Shown piece after piece: positions 34,258 to 42,985 of a stretch of 55,396 bases of DNA. A model generated the notes under the pieces. That model was not told the DNA's origin. It saw nothing but the letters and a program-made list of their open reading frames with translations, and searched no databases. Both the position numbers and the translations under genes were made by a program. Position 1 is the first letter of the stretch, and every line of letters starts with the position of its first letter. Source of the DNA: Gemmatimonadota bacterium (lineage in GTDB: Bacteria; Gemmatimonadota; Gemmatimonadetes; Longimicrobiales; RSA9); NCBI GenBank assembly GCA_017881445.1, contig JADGQX010000004.1, forward strand, positions 1 to 55,396. The letters are read 5' to 3'.

Positions 34258-35798
34258 AGCGGCACCAGCCCGATCTTGCGGGGCGGATTCGACTCGCGCT
34301 TGCCCGCCAGCGACTCCAGCGCGCGGATGATGCGGAAGCGCGTGTTGCGCGGCTCGATGACGTCCTCGATGAAGCCGGTGCGGGCCGCACGGTAGGGATT
34401 GGCGAAGGACTCGCGATAGTCCTGCTCCCTCTCCTTGAGGAACGCCTCCAGCTCCGCACCCTTCAGCTTCGCCAGCTCGCGCCCGTACAGGATCTCCACG
34501 GCGGCGCGCGGCCCCATGACGGCGATCTCCGCCGTGGGCCAGGCGTAGTTGATGTCGCCGCGCAGGTGCTTCGAGCTCATCACGATGTAGGCGCCGCCGT
34601 ACGCCTTGCGCGTGATCACCGTCACCTTCGGCACGGTGCACTCCGCATAGGCGAAGATAAGCTTCGCCCCGTTCATGATGATGCCCTCGTACTCCTGCAC
34701 CGTGCCCGGCATGAAGCCGGGTACGTCCACGAAGGTCACGATCGGGATGTTGAAGGCGTTGCAGAAACGGATGAACGCCGCGCCCTTGCGGCTGGCCTTG
34801 TTGTCCAGCACGCCGGCCAGGACGCAGGGCTGGTTCGCCACGATGCCGGCGACGCGGCCGTTGAAGCGTCCGAAGCCCACCACCAGGTTGGGCGCCCAGT
34901 AGGCCCGGACCTCGAGGAAGTCGCCGTGATCGACCACCGCCTCGATCAGCCGCTTGATGTCGTACGGCAGGCTGGGGTTGGCCGGCACCAGCTCGTTCAG
35001 CCAGTCCTCGACCCGGTTCACCGGGTCGTGACACGGCTTCAGCGGCGGTTCCTCCATGTTGCTCTGCGGCAGGAACGACAACAGCCGCCGGATCAGCGTG
35101 AAGGCCTCGTCCTCGGTGTCCGTCACGAAATGCGTGACCCCGCTGCGCGTGGCATGGATGTCCGGCCCGCCCAGCTCGTCCGACGTCACGTCCTCCTGCG
35201 TCACCGTCTTCACGACCTTCGGGCCGGTCACGAACATGTAGCTGATGCCCTCGGTCATGATGGTGAAGTCCGTGAGCGCCGGGCTGTACACCGCCCCGCC
35301 CGCGCACGGGCCCAGGATCGCCGAGATCTGAGGCACCACACCCGACGCCATCACGTTGCGCTGGAAGATCTCGCCGTAGCCCGCCAGCGAGAGAACGCCC
35401 TCCTGGATGCGCGCGCCGCCCGAATCGTTCAGCCCGACCACCGGCACGCCCATCTTGATCGCGAAGTCCATCACCTTGCAGATCTTCTTCGCGACCATCT
35501 CCCCCAGCGACCCGCCCATCACCGTGAAATCCTGCGAGAAGATCACGACCGGACGACCGTTCACCGTGCCGTGTCCCGTCACCACGCCATCGCCCTGGAA
35601 GCCGGCGCCGTCCGTCCGCGGCGTCACGAACATGTCGAACTCCTCGAACGACCCCTCGTCCAGCAGGCGTACCACCCGCTCCCGGGCCGTGTACTTCCCC
35701 TTCTTGTGCTGCTGCTCTATCCGCTCCTCGCCTCCGCCCAGCCGCGCCTTCCCGCGCAGCTCGCGGAGCTCCTGGAGCTTCTCGTCAATGGCGTGCAT
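34254..35798 (-). CDS. Acyl-CoA carboxyltransferase (methylmalonyl-CoA decarboxylase alpha / propionyl-CoA carboxylase beta)
   Basis: GDGVVTG, QDFTVMGGSL, DSGGARIQEG, GPCAGGAVYSPALTDF, RKAYGGAY, AEIAVMG. Confidence 0.95.
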   Translation of the reverse strand: MHAIDEKLQELRELRGKARLGGGEERIEQQHKKGKYTARERVVRLLDEGSFEEFDMFVTPRTDGAGFQGDGVVTGHGTVNGRPVVIFSQDFTVMGGSLGEMVAKKICKVMDFAIKMGVPVVGLNDSGGARIQEGVLSLAGYGEIFQRNVMASGVVPQISAILGPCAGGAVYSPALTDFTIMTEGISYMFVTGPKVVKTVTQEDVTSDELGGPDIHATRSGVTHFVTDTEDEAFTLIRRLLSFLPQSNMEEPPLKPCHDPVNRVEDWLNELVPANPSLPYDIKRLIEAVVDHGDFLEVRAYWAPNLVVGFGRFNGRVAGIVANQPCVLAGVLDNKASRKGAAFIRFCNAFNIPIVTFVDVPGFMPGTVQEYEGIIMNGAKLIFAYAECTVPKVTVITRKAYGGAYIVMSSKHLRGDINYAWPTAEIAVMGPRAAVEILYGRELAKLKGAELEAFLKEREQDYRESFANPYRAARTGFIEDVIEPRNTRFRIIRALESLAGKRESNPPRKIGLVPL

Positions 35799-36097
35799 CG
35801 CTGCCCCGTTCGACTGGCTCATCACACAGAACACCGCGACGCGTCGCTGCCGCCGCGGAGGAAGAAACCAGGCAATACGGAGCACGTCCCCTGCCGTTCG
35901 GTCGAGCGCGGGAAGGCCGCGAATGGCAGTGGGTTACACCACTTCCCGCCCGGCGGTCCTGCCGGGCGCGGGACCGAATGACACATCTCGGGCCCTGCGC
36001 GGCGGGGCAATCAGACCGAAGTCCGAGCCTGCGACGGTCTTGCCGGCGGCGCCCCGGCGGACGAGTCTAGCCGCTCAACCGCGGCCGTGAGGAAGCC

Positions 36098-36289
36098 ATG
36101 GACGGCGGAGTGCGAGCATTGCGGGAGCTGGTGCGCTACTGCGCGGCGGACATGCTCGTGCACGGCATCCGCCACTGGGCGCAGCTGGCCACGGTGTTCC
36201 GGCGGAGTGGCCAGCCGCAGCCATGGCAGCACGACCTGATCCTGGGGGAAGGGTTCGGCCCGCCCGGGACCTTCGTGAAGGAGGAATGA
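36098..36289 (+). pseudogene. Probable C-terminal fragment of a DinB-family protein
   Basis: LVHGIRHWAQLATVFRRSG...HDLI resembles the DinB HxxxH helix; only 63 aa; ATGA-coupled to the next gene. Confidence 0.5.
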
Positions 36290-37752
36290 GCGTGCGACGT
36301 CGATCCCTGGCGGTCCTGGTGGCCCTTCTGCCGCTGGCGCCCGCCGGCGTCCGGGGCCAGATCGCGCCCGCGGAGTACGCGGCGCGCCGCGACTCGGTGG
36401 CCGCGCGCATCGGGGAGGGCGCCATCGTCGCCTTCGGCGTGCGTGAGCCGGTGGAGGACCCGTTCTGGCTCCACCAGCTGCCCGCGTTCGAGTACCTGAC
36501 GGGATTCGATGAGCCGGATGCGGCGCTGTTGCTGGTGGTCCACGGCGGGCACGTCGCGCAGGGCGTGCTGTTGGCGCCGCCCAAGCCGGCCAGCATGGCG
36601 CTGTTCACGGGATTCCTGCCGGATTCGACGGCGCTGCAGCGCCGTCTCGGGCTGGGGCTCACGTCGTTGGAGCGGCTGCGCCCGCTGCTGGACAGCCTGG
36701 TCGCGGCGGGCGTGCCCCTGCTGACGCTGCGCGACTATGCCTCGCGCGATGCCGCGCGCAGCGACTCGCTCACGCGCGGCCGGCGCTTCCTGGAGCTGCT
36801 GGCCGCGGCGCACCCGGGGCTCGCGATCCGGGAGCTGCACCCGCTGCTGGACTCGCTCATGGCGCGGAAGAGCCCGGCCGAGCTGGCCCTGCTGCGCCGG
36901 GCCGCGGTCATCTCGCTGGCCGGGCAGGAGGCGGCCATGCGGGCGGTACGCCCGGGCGTGAACGAGGGCGTGGCGCAGACGGAGGCGGAGTATGCCTTCC
37001 GCCGGGCCGGCGGTGACGGCCCGGCCTACACCGCCATCGTGGGCTCGGGACCGAACTCCACCAGCTACCATTACCGGGCGAACAACCGGACCATGCGGGC
37101 GGGCGAGGTGGTGGTGATGGACATGGCCGCGGCGTATCGCGGCTACGCCGCCGACATCACGCGCACGGTGCCGGTCTCCGGGCACTTCACGCCGGAGCAG
37201 CTCTCGGTCTACCAGCTGGTGCGGGACGCGCAGGCGGCGGCGGAGCGAGAGGTGCGCGCCGGTGCACCTGTGGCGCGGGGGGACAGCGCCATCCGGGCGG
37301 TGGAGGCGGCGGGGCTCGCGCGCCTGGGGCTGATCGAGGCACCGGATGCCCTGATCGACCCTCCCTGGCCGGTGGACTGCTCCCGCCGCCCGCTGTTCTG
37401 CCGCCAGGCCTACCTCTACATGGCCCACGGGCCGGGGCACGGCATCGGCCTGGAGGTGCATGACGCGGGTGGCTACTCGTACTCGCCCACGGGGCGCTTC
37501 CAGCCGGGCGAGGTGTTCACCATCGAGCCCGGCATCTACATCAGCACGCTGCTGCTGGACATGCTCCCCGACACCCCACGCAACCGCGCATTCATCGCCA
37601 GGGTCCGGCCGGTGATCGAGCGTTACCGCGACACGGGCATACGCATCGAGGACGACTTCGTCGTCACGGCGACGGGCGCCGAGTGGATCACGCGCGGTCC
37701 GCGGGAGGCGCGGGAGATCGAGGCGGTGATGCGCTCCGGGCGGAGGCGTTAG
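36286..37752 (+). CDS. pepP: Xaa-Pro aminopeptidase (M24 family), secreted
   Basis: Signal peptide, YLTGFDEP, D....YAADITRT, HGPGHGIGLEVHD, TIEPGIY, GIRIEDD. Confidence 0.93.
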   Translation: MSVRRRSLAVLVALLPLAPAGVRGQIAPAEYAARRDSVAARIGEGAIVAFGVREPVEDPFWLHQLPAFEYLTGFDEPDAALLLVVHGGHVAQGVLLAPPKPASMALFTGFLPDSTALQRRLGLGLTSLERLRPLLDSLVAAGVPLLTLRDYASRDAARSDSLTRGRRFLELLAAAHPGLAIRELHPLLDSLMARKSPAELALLRRAAVISLAGQEAAMRAVRPGVNEGVAQTEAEYAFRRAGGDGPAYTAIVGSGPNSTSYHYRANNRTMRAGEVVVMDMAAAYRGYAADITRTVPVSGHFTPEQLSVYQLVRDAQAAAEREVRAGAPVARGDSAIRAVEAAGLARLGLIEAPDALIDPPWPVDCSRRPLFCRQAYLYMAHGPGHGIGLEVHDAGGYSYSPTGRFQPGEVFTIEPGIYISTLLLDMLPDTPRNRAFIARVRPVIERYRDTGIRIEDDFVVTATGAEWITRGPREAREIEAVMRSGRRR

Positions 37753-37797
37753 CGGGAACGAGAACGCTCGAGTCTGCGCATGCCGTCCGCCCCGGGC

Positions 37798-38706
37798 TCA
37801 GTCCGACAGCGAGGCCTGCTTCTCCATCCGCTGCCAGCGCTCGTCCACGTTGCGCCGGATCTGCTCGACCTGCTCCGGCTTCAGGTGGCGGAAGCGTCCC
37901 TGTGCCCCGATGTACTTCGCCAGGGCGGCGTCGGCGTCGGTGGCCGCTTCGGCGGGGGTGAGCGTCCAGCGGTCGCCGTCCTCCACCTCGACCAGGGGGA
38001 ATACGCGGCTCTCGACCGCCAGGCGCGCGAGCTCGATGCTCTGCTCGTCGGCGAACTTCCAGCCGGGGGGGCAGGGCGCCAGGATGTGGATGAAGCGGGT
38101 GCCGCGCATGGCCATGGCCTTCTGGACCTTCTCGATCAGGTCCACGGGATAGCCCACGGACGCGGTGGCGGCGTAGGCGATGCGGTGCGCGGCCATGATG
38201 GCCAGCATGTCCTTCTTGGCCGTGGACTGGGGTTGCTCCACTGGCGTGGTGGTGGTCCATGCACCCCAGGGCGTGGCCGAGGAGCGCTGCACGCCCGTGT
38301 TCATGTAGGCTTCGTTGTCGTAGCAGAAGTAGAGGAAGTCCTCGCCCCGCTCGGCCGCGCCGGACAGCGCCTGCAGCCCGATGTCGAAGGTGCCGCCGTC
38401 GCCGGCCCAGACCATGACCTTGGTCTCGGTCTCGCCCCGCATGTCGAGGGCGGCGCGCACGCCGGAGGCGACGGCGGCGCCGGTCTCGAAGGCGGTGTGG
38501 TACAGGGGCACCCGCAGGGAGGACTGCGGGAACGGCCCGGCGATGATGCTCCAGCAGCAGGCGGGGAGCACCACCACGGTTTGCGGGCCCATGGCCTTGA
38601 GCACCAGTCGCATGGCCAGGGCGCCGCCGCAGCCGGGGCAGGCCAGGTGACCGGAAGTCATGAGCTCCCGCTCGGGGATCCGGTCCTTGATGACGATCTG
38701 GCTCAT
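37798..38706 (-). CDS. porB: 2-oxoacid:acceptor oxidoreductase beta subunit (TPP-binding)
   Basis: GHLACPGCG, AGDGGTFDIG, YDNEAYMNTG, PCPPGW. Confidence 0.93.
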   Translation of the reverse strand: MSQIVIKDRIPERELMTSGHLACPGCGGALAMRLVLKAMGPQTVVVLPACCWSIIAGPFPQSSLRVPLYHTAFETGAAVASGVRAALDMRGETETKVMVWAGDGGTFDIGLQALSGAAERGEDFLYFCYDNEAYMNTGVQRSSATPWGAWTTTTPVEQPQSTAKKDMLAIMAAHRIAYAATASVGYPVDLIEKVQKAMAMRGTRFIHILAPCPPGWKFADEQSIELARLAVESRVFPLVEVEDGDRWTLTPAEAATDADAALAKYIGAQGRFRHLKPEQVEQIRRNVDERWQRMEKQASLSD

Positions 38707-39863
38707 GCTTTCACCCCCACCCACAGGTCGGCGCGCGCCGGGATGCCCGGCATGCGGACGTGGTCGATGATGCCGTCGATGACCGCGGGCGTGACGTCGC
38801 GACCGCCCAGGCCCAGGACGTAGCCGTAAATGGCCGGCCGGTCCTCGGCGGGCAGATCGTAGAGCGCGCTCCTCAGCTCGGCGGCGAAGATGCCGCCCTG
38901 CCCGGGCGAGAAGTTGCGGTCGAGAACGGCCACGCGGTCGATGCCGGCCAGCGCCAGGCGCAGCGCGTCGGTCGGGAACGGCCGGAACATCTTGATCTTG
39001 ACCAGGCCGATCTTCTCGCCGTTCTCTCGGTGCTGGTCGATGACGTGGCGAGCCGTGGAGGTGATGGTCCCGGAAGTGACCAGCGCGATGTCGGCGTCCT
39101 CGGTCCGGTAGCTCTCCACCGCCCCGTAGCTGCGGCCGACCAGCGTCGCCCACTCCGTCTCCACCCCGTCGAAGCGAGCCACGGCGTCGTGCATGGCGTC
39201 CTGCAGGTGCCAGCGCATCTCCATGTAGTCGTCGGGGCGGACGAGTGCGCCGTAGCTATGGGGATCGTCCACGTCGAGCTTGTAGCGGGCGCGGCGCGGG
39301 GGCAGGAAGCGGTCCACCAGCTCCTGGTCCGGGATGTCCACGGGCTCGGCGGTGTGGGAGAGGAAGAAGGCGTCCAGCACCACCATGACGGGCAGGTCCA
39401 CCTGCTCCGCCAGGCGGAAGGCCATGATCGTGGTGTCGAGCACTTCCTGGTTGGTCTCGCAGTAGAGCTGGATCCAGCCCGTGTCGCGCTGCGCCAGCGA
39501 GTCCGTCTGGTCGGTCCAGATGTTCCAGCCGGGGCCGAGCGCGCGGTTGACGTCCGCCATGACGATGGGCAGCCGGCCCGAGCCGGCCCAGTGCAGCATC
39601 TCGTGCATGAGGGCGAGGCCCTGCGACGAGCTGGCCGTGAAGGCGCGGGCGCCGGTGGCGGAGGCACCCACACAGGCGGCCATGGCGGAGTGCTCGGACT
39701 CGACCTTGATGAAGCGCGCCTTCAGCTCGCCGCTGGCGCACATCTCGGACAGCTCCTCCACGATCTGCGTCTGGGGCGTGATGGGGTAGGCGGCGATGAC
39801 CTCGGCGCGCGCGAGCTTCACGCCCCAGGAGACGGCGTGATTGCCGACGATGACCTTCCTCAT
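38703..39863 (-). CDS. porA: 2-oxoacid:acceptor oxidoreductase alpha subunit
   Basis: AAYPITPQT, ESEHSAM, TASSSQGL, FRPFP, GLGGRDV. Confidence 0.93.
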   Translation of the reverse strand: MRKVIVGNHAVSWGVKLARAEVIAAYPITPQTQIVEELSEMCASGELKARFIKVESEHSAMAACVGASATGARAFTASSSQGLALMHEMLHWAGSGRLPIVMADVNRALGPGWNIWTDQTDSLAQRDTGWIQLYCETNQEVLDTTIMAFRLAEQVDLPVMVVLDAFFLSHTAEPVDIPDQELVDRFLPPRRARYKLDVDDPHSYGALVRPDDYMEMRWHLQDAMHDAVARFDGVETEWATLVGRSYGAVESYRTEDADIALVTSGTITSTARHVIDQHRENGEKIGLVKIKMFRPFPTDALRLALAGIDRVAVLDRNFSPGQGGIFAAELRSALYDLPAEDRPAIYGYVLGLGGRDVTPAVIDGIIDHVRMPGIPARADLWVGVKA

Positions 39864-41623
39864 AGCCCCTCCCGGGTCATGCTGATCGCGCCGCGGGGGC
39901 ATTCGGCCGCACACACGCCGCACCCCTTGCAGAAGTTCATGTCGATGTCGAAGCGGCCGCCGTCGTGCGAATGGCTGATGGCCACATCGCCGCAGAAGAT
40001 CAGGCAGAGCTCGCACTCGTTGCAGACGCCGCAATTGAAGCAGCGACCGGCCTCCACGAGGGCGACGTCGTCGCCCAGACCGCCGTTCACTTCGGCGAAC
40101 GGGGCGCCCGCCGCGTCCAGTGCCGCATGGCGGTCGGCGTTGCGCGGACGGAGCTGGAAGTGCGCCGTGTTCACGTCCTCGAAGGGCACGACCTCGTTCA
40201 GGGGCGCGACCCGGAGCACCGGGTCCGCGTCACGCCAGCGGGCGACGCTGGGTGCGCCCGTCGGCCCCCAGCGCAGCGCGGAGGTGTCCGGCGTGGCCAC
40301 GCCCGCCCGGCGCCGGAGCGCGCGGTCGATGCCGATGGCCGCCCGCTTGCCCGCGCCCAGGGCCCGGGCCACCGTGCGCTCGTCCCCGGAGACGTCGCCG
40401 CCGGCGAAGACCAGCGGCGAGGCGGTCTCGCCCCACTCGTCGATGGCGACGGCCCCGCCCCGGACCACCTCTTCCGGCCAGGGCTCCAGCTCCGGATCCT
40501 CGCCCGTGGCCAGCAGCACGGTGTCCGCCTGCACGAAGAGCGACTCGCCTGTCGCCACAGGCCGGCGCCGCCCGTCGGGACCCGCATCCGCCAGCTTCAT
40601 CCTGGCGCAGGCGACGCCACTCAACAGGCCGTCCGCGGTCCGGAAGGCGGTGGGCGCGGCCAGGAAGACGAACTCGACCCCCTCGCGCCAGGCGTCCTCG
40701 ATCTCCTCGGCGATGGCGGGCATCTCGTCCCGGGTGCGGCGGTAGACCACGATGGGTCGGGCGCCCAGGCGCAACGCCGTACGGGCGCAGTCCATGGCCG
40801 TATTGCCGCCGCCGATGACGGCCACCCGCTCGCCCAGCGGCGGGCGCAGACCCGCATTGACCCGCCGCAGGAAGTCCAGCCCCTGCCAGACGCCGGGCAG
40901 CTCCTCGCCTTCCACGCCCAGCAGCCGGCCCAGGTAGGCGCCCGTGGCGAAGAAGATCACGGAATAGCGCGACCGGATCTCCGGCAGCGTAGCCTCCGTC
41001 ACCTGCACGCCCGTGTGGATGGTGACGCCGCTGGCCTCGATGCGCCGGATCTGGGCATCCAGCACGTCACGGGGCAGGCGGTACTCGGGAATGCCCTGGC
41101 GCAGCATGCCGCCGGCCCGGTCCTCGCGCTCCAGCACGTCCACGGGGTAGCCCATGGCCGCCAGGTGGTAGGCGCAGGCGAGCCCGGCGGGACCGGAGCC
41201 GACCACGGCGACCCGCTCCGTCCGCGTGGGCGCGGCCGGCGCCGGTGGCGCAGCGGCCAGCAGCCGGTCGCCCAGCATGCGCTCCACGGCGTGGATGGCG
41301 ACGGCGCCGTCGAAGTGGCCGCGGTTGCAGCCGCTCTCGCAGGGGTGGTTGCACACGCGCCCTGTCACGGCGGGCATGGGGTGCTCCAGGGCCAGCAGCT
41401 CCGCCGCCTCGTCGATCTTCCCCTCGCGCAGCAGCGCCATGTAGCCTTCCACGTCCACGCCTGCCGGGCAGCCCTGGTTGCAGGGGGCGACGCGGTCATG
41501 GTACACGGGTCGGATGTACTTCCAGGCCCCGGTCTTGTTGACCTCGGTCGTGGTGGCGCTCACGGCGATGGGGGGCGTGGCCGGCCGCCGCGGCGGCACC
41601 GACGTGCCGATCGGCTCAGACAT
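39860..41623 (-). CDS. GltD-like FAD/NAD(P) oxidoreductase fused to a PorD-like 2x[4Fe-4S] domain
   Basis: KTGAWKYIRP, APC...CP, GRVCNHPCE, GSGPAG, GGGNTAMD, C-terminal CNECELC...CKGCGVCAAECP. Confidence 0.92.
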   Translation of the reverse strand: MSEPIGTSVPPRRPATPPIAVSATTTEVNKTGAWKYIRPVYHDRVAPCNQGCPAGVDVEGYMALLREGKIDEAAELLALEHPMPAVTGRVCNHPCESGCNRGHFDGAVAIHAVERMLGDRLLAAAPPAPAAPTRTERVAVVGSGPAGLACAYHLAAMGYPVDVLEREDRAGGMLRQGIPEYRLPRDVLDAQIRRIEASGVTIHTGVQVTEATLPEIRSRYSVIFFATGAYLGRLLGVEGEELPGVWQGLDFLRRVNAGLRPPLGERVAVIGGGNTAMDCARTALRLGARPIVVYRRTRDEMPAIAEEIEDAWREGVEFVFLAAPTAFRTADGLLSGVACARMKLADAGPDGRRRPVATGESLFVQADTVLLATGEDPELEPWPEEVVRGGAVAIDEWGETASPLVFAGGDVSGDERTVARALGAGKRAAIGIDRALRRRAGVATPDTSALRWGPTGAPSVARWRDADPVLRVAPLNEVVPFEDVNTAHFQLRPRNADRHAALDAAGAPFAEVNGGLGDDVALVEAGRCFNCGVCNECELCLIFCGDVAISHSHDGGRFDIDMNFCKGCGVCAAECPRGAISMTREGL

Positions 41624-42200
41624 GGCTCACCTCCTGCGCCGCGAGCCCGCCCACCTGCACCGCCGCCGCGGCTTCCCGCGCGGCCCGCACATTGGCCTCG
41701 GCGTGCTGCGGCACGTCCTCCTCGATGGCGGCGCAGACCGACTCCAGGCCGACCAGCCCCGAGCAGGCGGCGAACGCGCCCAGGATCGCCGTGTTCACGA
41801 TGGGCTGCGTGCGCGAGCCCAGGTGGTTGCGCGCCGCGATCTCGCCCGCCGCCACCGTGGCCACCCGGAACCGGCCGATCAGCGCCGGAAAGTCGCCGGG
41901 AAGGCCCTCGGAATTGATGAGGATGCTGCCGCCGGGCTTCAGTCCGGCCGTGATGTCCACCGCCGTGAGCAACGTGGGATCCAGCACGATGATGTCGTCC
42001 GGCTGCGTCACCTCGCAGCGCAGGCGGATCGGCACCTCGTCGATGCGCACGAAGGCCGCCACCGGCGCCCCGCGGCGCTCGACGCCGAAGGCGGGGAACG
42101 ACTGGACCCACCGGCCCTCGTGGAAGAGGGCGGCGGCCAGGAGCTTGGAGGCGATGACCGCCCCCTGCCCCCCGCGCCCGTGGATGCGGAGCTCACGCAT
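41616..42200 (-). CDS. 2-oxoacid:acceptor oxidoreductase gamma subunit
   Basis: ELRIHGRGGQG, FPAFGVERRGAPV, NTAILGA. Confidence 0.93.
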   Translation of the reverse strand: MRELRIHGRGGQGAVIASKLLAAALFHEGRWVQSFPAFGVERRGAPVAAFVRIDEVPIRLRCEVTQPDDIIVLDPTLLTAVDITAGLKPGGSILINSEGLPGDFPALIGRFRVATVAAGEIAARNHLGSRTQPIVNTAILGAFAACSGLVGLESVCAAIEEDVPQHAEANVRAAREAAAAVQVGGLAAQEVSHV

Positions 42201-42543
42201 GGGAGACTCCCGGCTTCATTGACTCTGGAATGGGTTCGGCGGAGGAGGAACAGCGAGAGAAGCGTGGGCAAAGCGCTGCCGCCGCGGCCCGGGGCAGGCC
42301 GCGGCACGGTCGGGCGAGACCGATCGTGGCTCGCCCGTGACACCTTACGCGTGGAGCCACGTACTCTCCGCTTTCAGCGGGTCTTCGCCGGAATGCTTTG
42401 ATGCGCTCCGACCCGATCGTAAGTTACCATCGGGCCGAGACCGAGCAATTCGGAGAAAACCTTACATCGTGCGCCGGTTATGCCGCCTGGGGCCGCCCCA
42501 CCCCTGTCTCACGGCCACACCCCCGCCCCGGAGGAGTCGCATC

Positions 42544-42765
42544 ATGGACCGGCGGAACTCGGAGCTGAAGCAGGAGATCCAGCAGCGGCGCAGCACCAGC
42601 GGGCTGGGCGTGGGCTGTGCCGAAGCGCAGGCCGATGGCGTCCCCTGCCCCGACCCGGCCCGCGACTGCGACCACTGCGAGCGCGCGGCGGCGGCGGTCA
42701 CGGGGCGCGTCGCGCGAGGAAGGCCGGCGCAACGGCCTTCCACGCGGAGCCGCGGAGTCCACTGA
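42544..42765 (+). CDS. Small Cys-rich hypothetical protein (73 aa)
   Basis: GGAGGAG RBS, CAEAQADGVPC-x6-CDHC; divergent from the oxidoreductase operon. Confidence 0.65.
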   Translation: MDRRNSELKQEIQQRRSTSGLGVGCAEAQADGVPCPDPARDCDHCERAAAAVTGRVARGRPAQRPSTRSRGVH

Positions 42766-42807
42766 GAGCCGGCGCGCCTCGGGCACCCCGTTCCCGACGG
42801 GAAAGCC

Positions 42808-42960
42808 ATCTCACGCAGAGCCGCCGAGCCGCAGAGGAGTGCGGGGCGCCTCGGGTTTCCGGGCCAGCCCCGCCGTCGTTTCACCGTCGCTTTGCCAGAC
42901 CGGAATCGCTCGGAATCGCCGCGTGCCGGCTCTCTGCGGCTCTGCGGCTCTATGTGAGAT
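42808..42960. repeat. Hairpin/MITE-like element with 8-bp-period inverted arms (GCAGAGCC)
   Basis: 42808-42836 versus the reverse complement of 42932-42960 match at 26/29 nt. Confidence 0.8.
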
Positions 42961-42985
42961 AAGTAGTTGACTTGTTGACGTTCGT

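Noticed and set aside
35820-36090. Cobalamin riboswitch upstream of the carboxyltransferase
   Set aside because: GGGAAGGC- and CCACTG-like words occur but not in the required order or strand
42201-42543. FNR/Rex-type anaerobic regulator site upstream of the oxidoreductase operon
   Set aside because: Only half-site matches (TTGAT, GTGA) without a convincing palindrome
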